A stretch of DNA of 64,000 nucleotides from NCBI RefSeq assembly GCF_963853765.1, contig NC_088854.1:24800001-24864000 (forward strand), read 5' to 3'. This document shows, one piece after another, positions 14,501 through 26,500 of this stretch; positions within the stretch are counted from its first letter, which is position 1, and each line of letters opens with the position of its first letter. Both the position numbers and the translations under genes were made by a program. The notes beneath the pieces are model-generated. The model was given only the letters and a program-made list of their open reading frames with translations, made no database searches and was not told the DNA's origin. The DNA is from Magallana gigas (taxonomy: Eukaryota).

Positions 14501-17500
14501 CTTTGGAAGAAGTATCATTATAATTAAATGAGTCTATAAAAGTCCAATTTTTCCTCGTTTGTCCCTGAAAGGCGAGTACCATCAAAACCAATGTGCACCG
14601 ACAAACAAGAGTTGCATCCCTTGCAAAAAGAGACTCCCAAGTTGTGTGACATTATCTGATGGAAAGAATGCCATTGATTGGTTGCTCTGGAAACCTGATT
14701 ATGCCGAATGTTACAAGAACAGGACCATGAAAATGGAGAAATGTCCCACTCGCTTCTTTGATCCAGTTCAGAGAAAATGTACCGACAAGGCCAACCCAGG
14801 TGAGTGTCGCATTTTGATCTGTGTGTGACACAGCTGTGTTGATTACACCACATGTTTAAAAAGTTGAAATCACTTTCTGTGTTTGTTTATTAATATCATT
14901 TCATTCATCTTTAGGCGATATTGACGAAATCTGCAAACAGAACCCCAAAGCCATTTTGCGGAAGATAGATAACTGTGCTCAGTATTACAACTGTTCCGTA
15001 TCTAACTCCTCCTATGGAGGTCACTTGCAGGAATGTAAATATCCGGATCTGTTCTCCACTGTCAGTATGGAATGTGAAAATTTCAAGACTGTAACTTGTG
15101 ACAACAGAACAGAACCCCAGGCTCCATGTGAGTTTTGAAGGATATGAGGACAAGTATTTGAATGATTTTTTAACTAATTATGACGTTCCGTCAAAATGTG
15201 GTAATGTGTTTTGTATTTACAAATGATTATGTATAATTCAGGTGAATATGTTCAGAATCTGTGTCCAGCCAACAACCCGTCCTGCGCTCCCTGTCCTAAA
15301 CGTCTGCCGTCTTGCATTACTTTGCCTGATAATCAGGAGGCGTTTCCAGGAAAATTATGGCAAGCAGATTACATTGTGTGCGACACCAACAGAACCATGA
15401 ACATAACTACGTGTCCTCAAGGAGAATATTTCAATCCCAGACTAAAGAAATGCATGAAATCTGTTCCCCCAGGTAAACCAGCTAGCTGTTGATTTACGTG
15501 TCACTCTTTCTACTAAAGATTCGGCGGATTGAAATAAATTCACTTGAAAATGAGACTCAAATATGGAAACCGCAATAATCAAAGAATTTCCGATTTTACT
15601 TTTCAGTGGACGTTCCGGACTACTGCTCAGCTCATCCTAAAGCGCTGCTACCAAAAGAGGACAACTGCGGCCAATACATCAATTGTTCAGATCCAGGATT
15701 TGATGGGAATCACACCATGGAGTGTCAGTATCCTGATCTTTTCTCTGTGACCACCATGTCGTGCCAATGGTTCGAGAATGTGACCTGTGATAGTCGTATG
15801 GAGCCACAAGCACCTTGTGAGTAGTTTGTTCGATCATTTTGCTTTGGAAGAAGTATCATTATAATTAAATGAGTCTATAAAAGTCCAATTTTTCCTCGTT
15901 TGTCCCTGAAAGGCGAGTACCATCAAAACCAATGTGCACCGACAAACAAGAGTTGCATCCCTTGCAAAAAGAGACTCCCAAGTTGTGTGACATTATCTGA
16001 TGGAAAGAATGCCATTGATTGGTTGCTCTGGAAACCTGATTATGCCGAATGTTACAAGAACAGGACCATGAAAATGGAGAAATGTCCCACTCGCTTCTTT
16101 GATCCAGTTCAGAGAAAATGTACCGACAAGGCCAACCCAGGTGAGTGTCGCATTTTGATCTGTGTGTGACACAGCTGTGTTGATTACACCACATGTTTAA
16201 AAAGTTGAAATCACTTTCTGTGTTTGTTTATTAATATCATTTTATTCATCTTTAGGCGATATTGACGAAATCTGCAAACAGAACCCCAAAGCCATTTTGC
16301 GGAAGATAGATAACTGTGCTCAGTATTACAACTGTTCCGTATCTAACTCCTCCTATGGAGGTCACTTGCAGGAATGTAAATATCCGGATCTGTTCTCCAC
16401 TGTCAGTATGGAATGTGAAAATTTCAAGACTGTAACTTGTGACAACAGAACAGAACCCCAGGCTCCATGTGAGTTTTGAAGGATATGAGGACAAGTATTT
16501 GAATGATTTTTTAACTAATTATGACGTTCCGTCAAAATGTGGTAATGTGTTTTGTATTTACAAATGATTATGTATAATTCAGGTGAATATGTTCAGAATC
16601 TGTGTCCAGCCAACAACCCGTCCTGCGCTCCCTGTCCTAAACGTCTGCCGTCTTGCATTACTTTGCCTGATAATCAGGAGGCGTTTCCAGGAAAATTATG
16701 GCAAGCAGATTACATTGTGTGCGACACCAATAGAACCATGAACATAACTACGTGTCCTCAAGGAGAATATTTCAATCCCAGACTAAAGAAATGCATGAAA
16801 TCTGTTCCCCCAGGTAAACCAGCTAGCTGTTGATTTACGTGTCACTCTTTCTACTAAAGATTCGGCGGATTGAAATAAATTCACTTGAAAATGAGACTCA
16901 AATATGGAAACCGCGATAATCAAAGAATTTCCAATTTTACTTTTCAGTGGACGTTCCGGACTACTGCTCAGCTCATCCTAAAGCGCTGCTACCAAAAGAG
17001 GACAACTGCGGCCAATACATCAATTGTTCAGATCCAGGATTTGATGGGAATCACACCATGGAGTGTCAGTATCCTGATCTTTTCTCTGTGACCACCATGT
17101 CGTGCCAATGGTTCGAGAATGTGACCTGTGATAGTCGTATGGAGCCACAAGCACCTTGTGAGTAGTTTGTTCGATCATTTTGCTTTGGAAGAAGTATCAT
17201 TATAATTAAATGAGTCTATAAAAGTCCAATTTTTCCTCGTTTGTCCTTGATAGGCGAGTACCATCAAAACCAATGTGCACCGACAAACAAGAGTTGCATC
17301 CCTTGCAAAAAGAGACTCCCAAGTTGTGTGACATTATCTGATGGAAAGAATGCCATTGATTGGTTGCTCTGGAAACCTGATTATGCCGAATGTTACAAGA
17401 ACAGGACCATGAAAATGGAGAAATGTCCCACTCGCTTCTTTGATCCAGTTCAGAGAAAATGTACCGACAAGGCCAACCCAGGTGAGTGTCGCATTTTGAT

Positions 17501-20500
17501 CTGTGTGTGACACACAGCTGTGTTGATTACACCACATGTTTAAAAAGTTGAAATCACTTTCTGTGTTTGTTTATTAATATCATTTTATTTATCTTTAGGC
17601 GATATTGACGAAATCTGCAAACAGAACCCCAAAGCCATTTTGCGGAAGAAAGATAACTGTGCTCAGTATTACAACTGTTCCGTATCTAACTCCTCCTATG
17701 GAGGTCACTTGCAGGAATGTAAATATCCGGATCTGTTCTCCACTGTCAGTATGGAATGTGAAAATTTCAAGACTGTAACTTGTGACAACAGAACAGAACC
17801 CCAGGCTCCATGTGAGTTTTGAAGGATATGAGGACAAGTATTTGAATGATTTTCTAACTAATTATGACGTTCCGTCAAAATGTGGTAATGTGTTTTGTAT
17901 TTACAAATGAGTATGTATAATTCAGGTGAATATGTTCAGAATCTGTGTCCAGCCAACAACCCGTCCTGCGCTCCCTGTCCTAAACGTCTGCCGTCTTGCA
18001 TTACTTTGCCTGATAATCAGGAGGCGTTTCCAGGAAAATTATGGCAAGCAGATTACATTGTGTGCGACACCAATAGAACCATGAACATTACTACGTGTCC
18101 TCAAGGAGAATATTTCAATCCCAGACTAAAGAAATGCATGAAAGCTGTACCAAAAGGTTATTTGTTTTTGGGGGTTATTTTTGCTGTTTTTTATAATTTC
18201 ATTGGTATAAACATTATTCATTGCTTTCGGACATTATTATATGCTAAATTCATTTGTAGATAATAATTTTTCTACGTTTTCATCTACACAGTTGACGTCC
18301 CTGACTACTGTGCTGCCAATACCAAAAGAGTTCTTCCTGATCCAGATAATTGTGCACATTATTATAACTGCTCATCTGTTCCCAGACAAGGCGTCCCGAG
18401 AATATCTTCTGCCACTGCCTTAGGGAAATATGGCGCTGAATGCCAATATCCAGACTTGTTTGATGACCTAACACAGCAATGCAGAAATTTTACTGACGTG
18501 AATTGTTCCACTCGTACAGAACCACAAGCTCCATGTGAGTATACCATTCTGTGTGCTAGGTTTTTAATGGAAGCAATGCAATACAAGAGTGTTATGCTCA
18601 TACATCGAAACATTAATGTTTTATTTATATTTTTGTACTTTCAAAGGAGATAAGTGACATCTGTATTGTGAGAAACTTTCTTTAAAAAAACTATTTTTAT
18701 AAATTTTATAAACAGATATGCAAATTGTAAGCACAGAATCAATTTTTAAAGTTCTTTTTTAAAGTGAAATTTAAAATCATAATAAATATGGGTTACGATA
18801 TCTGATTTTTTTAGATTGAGTTCACCAAAATTGTATACATACCTTTAAACTCTTCATCTCAAATTTTTGTCCGCCCGAAAAATGGCTTTTCAAAAAGGTC
18901 AACTTATAATGACTTATCAATTTAAAGAATTTTGTTTATTCCAGGTCAGTATCAGCAAAACCTATGTCCTGTAGGCGATCCTTCGTGTGCACCATGTCCA
19001 AGCCGTTTACCATCATGTGTGGGAGAACAAAATGGATATAAGGAGTTTCCTACTCGGCTTTGGAAATCTGACTTTGTCAGGTGCTTTCTTAACAGAACAA
19101 CGGAAATTGACAAATGTTCATCGAATGAGTATTTCAATCCAAGGCTTAAACAATGTATGGAAAATGTTCTACCTGGTAAGTATTTGTTATATTCTAATAT
19201 GTCTCACCTGTTTTCAATCCTTGGTGGGTTTAGATTATTTTACCTAAATTGTATCTTTATCTATAAATAGGTAAGCACATTTGTAAGTTGCGTTATGACA
19301 CTAGACTCTCAGATACCCCATCAGTTGCATGTCATAATTGTAAATAAAAAATTTATCCACAGACAAGCAAAAACCGACGTTCATCTTGATGTGCAGAAAA
19401 CAATAAACTGTAAACAACTATAAGAGGGAAATTAAACTGAAATAGTCTCTACTATTTAATTTAAAACAAACTTTAAATGCAAGGAAGCATTGTGAGTTTC
19501 TATTAAAGTGGCTCTCTTGTATTGATTTAAAGATTGCATGGAAAACTTGCACGATTTCTGTTCGTCAGAGACAATGGTATTAGTCCATATCAATATAGCA
19601 AATATGCTATAAAGTTATTAAAATGAAAAAAAAACATTTAAGGACAAATCTTTATCAATGGCCTTTTCAATCGCTTTTGGAGTTGAACATTGCTGAATAT
19701 TTAGATATCAAGTATTTATATTGAAGTATGATATGATATGATTTTACTATCTAGTTGACGTGCCCGACTATTGCACGGCGAATCCAACTAAGCTTTTGCC
19801 AGATCCAGATAACTGTGCTCACTATTTCAACTGCTCAGACCCTACTGTGAACGTTATTACTAGACAACAGAATCAACAAACAGGAAGTTACAGAAAAGAA
19901 TGCCCTTACCCTGATCTGTTTAATCCAGTCTTGCAACAGTGTGGAATGTTCACAACAGTAGAATGTAAAACACGCCCTGAGCCACAGGCGCCATGTAAGA
20001 AGTGTTTTGAACAATTTATGTACATGAGAAATATACTTCTTTTTATGTGTGTATATCTTAGTATAGTGTATAATTATAAAAGACATAAAATTAGAGTACA
20101 TAAGAAATAACAATCCTTTCTTCAACAACTGAGAATAGCTTATTTTTTATGACTTATTTTACAAACCTAGTACCCAAACTTGTTAAAGATAGACACGTGT
20201 ATAATCCAAAGATTTTAAGTTCAACGTTGAATAATTTTATTTAATTTTCATTTTTTTTTTAATTTTTAAAAATGTAATGATATGATAAATATCAGTGATA
20301 CTAAAGTGTAACAAAATAATCCATACATGCTCAATATTACACAACACATTTTTTAAACGATGTTTGCATTTAAGGCATCAATAGGTGGAACTATTTCTGA
20401 GCTGATCAGTATTCTGTTCACAGGTGAATATCAACAAAATTTGTGTGACTCAAAAAATAGTTCGTGTAAGCCTTGTAAAGAGAGACTTCCAGATTGTTTA

Positions 20501-23500
20501 AACTATCAAGATGGACAGCAGGCCTTTCCTAATAAATTATGGCAGAATGATTACATTATCTGTGCTAAAAACAGAACCATTAGCGTGGACAAATGCAAAC
20601 CTCCGGAGTATTTTAATCCACGACTGCTGAAATGCACGGAACGTGTGGAGCCAGGTACATATGATACCCTCCGAGATTTATAGTTTTGTTGAAATAATGC
20701 TTAACTAACAAGTTCAAATTTATGTTTTTACTTTTCTCCATTTGTAGTTGATGTACCAGACTTTTGCTCCGTACACAAAAATGAAGTTCTCCCAGACTTG
20801 GACAACTGTGCCAAATATTATAACTGTTCCGATCAAAATGGACTTCATATGGAGTGTTCATATCCAAAATTGTTCTCAGATCAGACAAGGTCATGTGAAA
20901 ACTTCACCACAGTAGCATGTACAAGACGAAAAGAACCGCAAGCTCCGTGTAGGTACATCTTTGTGATAGTAATAAGGGTGCTCTGTCGGTCTCATATTTT
21001 AATGTTCACGTGTCATTGTTTAACATTGTTTTAAGAAAGATATGAATTGATTTTTCAAGGTTTTAATTTTTAAAAGTCATTCGATGATATGTAATCATGC
21101 ATTCCTTTCAAACTGTTATCATTATGTGCCAAATATAATTATATGTGTTGTCAGTTGACTTTTTATTATTAAATCACATTGAACAACACATATTAAAATC
21201 AAATAGTGTTAGCTGAGCCTCGTAACTGTATTCTCTGTGATACTCTTTCGATCTCAGGTGAGTATGACCAAAACAAATGTAACTTAACGGACACTAGCTG
21301 TCGGCCCTGCCCAGAGCGACTACCCAGCTGTAGAGGTTTGCCCGACGGAGATCAACCAGCCAATGGCTTCCTGTGGACGGATCGCTTTGTCACGTGTGTA
21401 CAGAACAGAACCCTGGCTGTCAGTAGATGTAACCCTGGAGCAATATTTGATCCTACTCAGCTGAACTGTGTAGAACAAATACCTAAATGTACGTTTCTTC
21501 ATCTTAAAACGTCTTTGCAATGAAAGCATTGTTATGAAAATGTTCATAAGAACTGATTTTACTCGTTAATAATTTTGATATCTTATAGCCAAAATTGATG
21601 AATTCTGTCGAGCAAATCCAAAGTCTGTGAAAGCGCATCCCTCCAACTGTGCATTGTTCTACGACTGTTCATCTGTACAGTCTCCTTTGGGTCATCATCT
21701 CGTGGAATGTCCATACCCTGATCTGTTCGATTCCACTAGATTACAATGTGCCAATTTCACAGAAGTCAAGTGCAATAAGACAAAGAAAGAACCACAGGCC
21801 CCATGTGAGGATTCTTAATCAAAGAATAGATTTGCCAACGAAAGTTTAAAGAAAATAGGGTTTAAAGATTTCTATTAAATTTAATTATCTTCTTAAATGT
21901 GATTCGTTAGATTTATGTAATGATACATGTAAGAAATGTTTTGCATAAAATGATTATTATTTTGGATGTATATATTATATTATCCCTTTGAAGTGTCAAA
22001 TGAATTTCAGGTATAGATATTTAAAACACATTACTCCTCACTATCAATATATATAATTGATGTATATAATGGATTTGTTGTATTTTGATACGAAAAATTG
22101 ACAAATCTTTCATTTTTCAAGATAAGCATTCATTAGGTGAAAATTTAAATACTGTTAATTTTCAATTGACAAGATATGTGTATAATATCATTGACCTCTC
22201 GATAAAATTTTAACTTTGATAAAATCAAAGCACAGTATGACTAAATTAGTGTTTCATAAAATAGTTATTTACATCATTTTTAGGTGAATACCAACAGAAT
22301 CTGTGCAATAACTCTGATCCTACCTGTGTCCCTTGCCCTTCTCGTTTGCCATCCTGTAAAGGAAAACCAGATGGATTGAATCCTTTTCCAAACCAGTTAT
22401 GGAATCCATCATATATCGAATGCTTTAAGAATAGGACAATTGATATCAAAAAGTGCAGCACTGGATACTTTAATCCCAGATTGAGAAAGTGTATGGAACC
22501 AGTTGAGAAAGGTAAATTTCATTTTTAAAGCATTTGCTGAATAAAAGCAAATTTAAATGCCAACTATAAAATGTTATTGGTGTCAACTAAGGCATTTTTC
22601 TCGTAATATAATTATTTTGCTTTATTTATTTAGCAAAATTTATTCTTGGACGAATTTTAAAAAAAACGAATTTTGAATTGTAAAGTTCTATCAATTAAAG
22701 TATAGACAATCATTTTCATTTGGTATCCATAACTATTGTGTACCATGAATGGTCTAACTGCGTCACCTTATGTTTTAGTTGATATACCTGATTACTGCAA
22801 GGCTCATCCGACCGAACTTTTGCCTGATCCAGACAACTGTGCTAAGTTTTTCAACTGTAGTGAATCTTTGATCAAGCCACGATCTAGTCGATCAAACGTA
22901 GCTATAGGCAAGTTCGGCTATGAGTGTCCTTACCCAGAGCTTTACGATACCATGCTACAGATGTGTAGCAATTTCACAAAAGTTAGATGTACTACTCGAT
23001 GGGAACCCATGGCTCCTTGTAAGTATTTCAAATTTATATTTTGTAAGTATGTATGTGTATTATGAAAATACTAGCATATCACAAAAATTTTACCAGTCAT
23101 TAAAAGGAACATGATGACGTCAAATTATTAAACATTTTTTGTGACTTATTTCAATTTTAGCCTTAAACCAATTACAAAACTTAACAAATTATTTTTATAT
23201 TTTTTCATATAGGTGAATATGATCAAAATCTATGTGACTTGACAGCCAACAACTGCACAAAGTGTCCGGAACGTCTTCCGTCGTGTGTTGGCAGCAGTGA
23301 TGGACTCAACCCATCTCCAAGACATTTGTGGAAAGATGATTACATTTCATGTTTTCTAAACAGAACTATGGTTATTTCCAAGTGTCCAAAATCTCAGTAT
23401 TTCAATCCACGTTTATCAATGTGTGTGGATTATGTTCCACCTGGTACGGATTACGTCAATAAAATGTCCACAATACTTTAATGTATATAAGCCACTAAAA

Positions 23501-26500
23501 TATGTCAATAAAATGAATTTTGGTATTCATGAACATGTATGAAGATGATATTTAATAAAGTATATATTTTGAATAGGGTATTGACTTAAACGTTTATATT
23601 TTGTTTTTTTCAGTGGATGTTCCGGAATATTGTCAGGCCAATCCATCGGATGTCCTTCCAGATCCCGATAACTGTGCACAATACTTCAACTGCTCAGATC
23701 CAGCAATACGCGGGTCCATAAATGGAGCTGTTAACCTCCCAGAGAATTACAGAAAAGAATGTCATTACCCTGATCTGTTTGATCCTGTCCATAAAGAATG
23801 CCAGACTTTTACTGCCGTAAATTGTAGCAAACGAAACGAACCTCAAGCACCTTGTAAGTAAAGTAAAAGTTAATGAATTCAAAAAAGATTTTAAACATTG
23901 GTTTCCCTGTTTAAAAAATTCATCATAGCAGAGAGTTATCAGTCAAAACATGCACATTGCATATTGAATAATATTGATGTCCTATGATATTACTTGTATG
24001 ATACATGTATTTGTACTTTTCTTATGCAACAGTACAACTTCGCGTAACATTTTGATTATATTGCATATACTTTGCTTATGGCATTCTAGCTTTTTAAGTA
24101 ATTTATTTATTTTAATTACTTACTGTTACATGCTCTGTATAACTGTTTCAGGTGAATATAAGCAGAATATCTGTACGTCTACAAATGTTTCGTGTCAAGT
24201 TTGTTCAGAAAGATTACCAGATTGCCGTGGCCGCCAGGATGGAGCACATGCATTTCCCAACAAACCTTGGCAGAGAGATTTCATCCAATGTTACTTAAAT
24301 AGGACAATCAGTATTGCACAATGCCCTATGGGAATGTACTTCAACCCAAGGACTCAGTCTTGTAAAAGAAATGTTGAGCCAGGTAAGAAGTAAATTATAA
24401 AGTAAAAAAAATCACCTTGTAAACAAGCTTCGATTTTAGTCTTGGAAAATGGTTAATGACAGATTTTTTTCTTAATTTAGATTTTACGCCGTGTGAACTC
24501 TTGGACAAATTAAAATCACTTTTAAAAATCTGCAAATCTGCATTTTTTGTGTCGGCAATAATCATGATGGATTTAGAATTTTGCACTTAATACAATGCTA
24601 AAAAATACCATGCACGTTTTGTAATAAAAAATGTATATTGTGAATTCAGTGGATGTACCCGGATATTGCACAGTCCATCCTAACGCAGTTCTTCCTGATC
24701 CTGATAACTGTGCCAAATTCTACAACTGCTCTGAAAAGAATGGTTTACACAATGAATGCACATATCCAGATCTCTTTAATCCTGATGGCCAAATTTGCCA
24801 AGAATTTCTCAATGTCACATGTTCAACTCGAAAGGAACCACAGGCACCATGTAAGTTTCTTCTTAAAATTCACTCAATTTAAAATACGTTATCCAAATTT
24901 TCGTAGCCAATGAAGAAATATTGTTAATTTTGAAAAATTGAATGAAATTAAAACAATGTTGATATAATTATTTTTTTATATTTGATTGTAATTTAGCAAA
25001 TCATTGAGAATATTTATTATTTTGAGCGAGTAAAAATTTGCGTCACCAGTTTGCTTGTTAAATTAACTTATGTCATTCTCAAAGAAATTTTAAGCGTTGA
25101 CCTTTTTATAAGCCATAGGATAGATAGCGTACAAATTTACCACCACAGATGAATAATTATCGTAATGCCAAACTATAATATCTCTTGTGAACAACTTTTG
25201 GAATGAAGCTTTCTTAATTTATATATACTTTTGTTGTTTTTGTCTGATTTACATAAATTGATAATATTTAATGAACGTAAAGAAAAGAAGAATAATCTAA
25301 CTTTAAGAATCACTCAATTTTCAAATCTTGAAAGGCATACATGCAAAACTCAGTGAAGGAATACAAAATAGATTTTTTTTTTAAATTAAGTACATATTTA
25401 TGTATGTTTAAGGTGAATATGATCAAAATTTGTGTCCAAATTCTGATCCAAGCTGCGCACCTTGTCCTGAGCGATTGCCAAGCTGTCGTGGTCTTCCAGA
25501 CGGCAACCAGGCCGTGTCAATGGAACTCTGGACATCGAGATATATCACTTGTTTTGTCAACAGAACTATGAAGGTTAACAAATGTCCATTAGGAGAGATT
25601 TTTGATCCAATACAGTTAAGATGTATCAACAAAATTCCCCAAGGTAAACAGTTTTGTTTATCTTGCACAGCACCCTAAGTCTTTTTTTATTAAAACAGAC
25701 TTACTGTTTCACTATTTTCACTGTTAAATTATAATTAGGTCTTTATTACATGACATGAAAGTAAACCCATATCTTTGTATTCGACTTTTTTTAAAGATTG
25801 CATAGCCTTTCTGTTTTATACTTAAAAATTGGTGACGACATAAAAAGTGAAATCGATATATCTCAATTCAACGTTTCAAATACATTGGATTTGTAAAGAG
25901 AATTTACACTGAATTCTGCCTCGTTTACTTACTTGTGAGCGTATTACAGCTATATTTTCAAATCCACCTTTTGAACACTTTCAACATTTTCTTGGTGCAA
26001 TATATTTGATGGTCATTTTCTAAACCCGGCATATATAGGTGATATGGGACATCTGTCGATATTAATGTGGATTAAAGTACATTATAATTAAAATACTTTC
26101 ACCAATACTTTCATCGGTTTAGAATTTTCAAATTTTACAATATTTAACCCAAGAAAATATGTTTTTAACATTTTTTCTACAGGAAAAAAAATTAGAATAT
26201 CCAGCGGGATTCGAACTCATGACTTACAGATCCGTAGTAAGCCCTCTAACCCACTGTGTTTCGCTGATGACAATATTAGGAAAGAAACTACTTATAAAAT
26301 TATACATGATTTTCTTGTTTATTTCGATAAATATTACGTCACAACATGGAGGTGTCCCATACCACCTTTAACTGGCATATATAGGCAGTTGTAGATACGT
26401 ATCTATACGTATATAGCATTTGAAATAAAATAGGATTTAATTTCGTAAACTGTATTGATCTATCATACTATGAATAAAATTGGCCTCCGATGCATTTATT

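Noticed and set aside
10075-17837. Repeated minus-strand and alternative-frame ORFs (MVAALWDEL.., MSSYPSKLT.., MKMRLKYGN..)
   Set aside because: Shadows of real exons, repeated only because the DNA is tandemly duplicated.
9875-18156. CRISPR array or prokaryotic repeat system
   Set aside because: The unit is 1.34 kb of spliced exons and introns with no repeat-spacer structure; the DNA is eukaryotic.
26200-26267. Functional tRNA gene
   Set aside because: The D-arm and anticodon loop are irregular and it lies within a repeat; treated as tRNA-derived.
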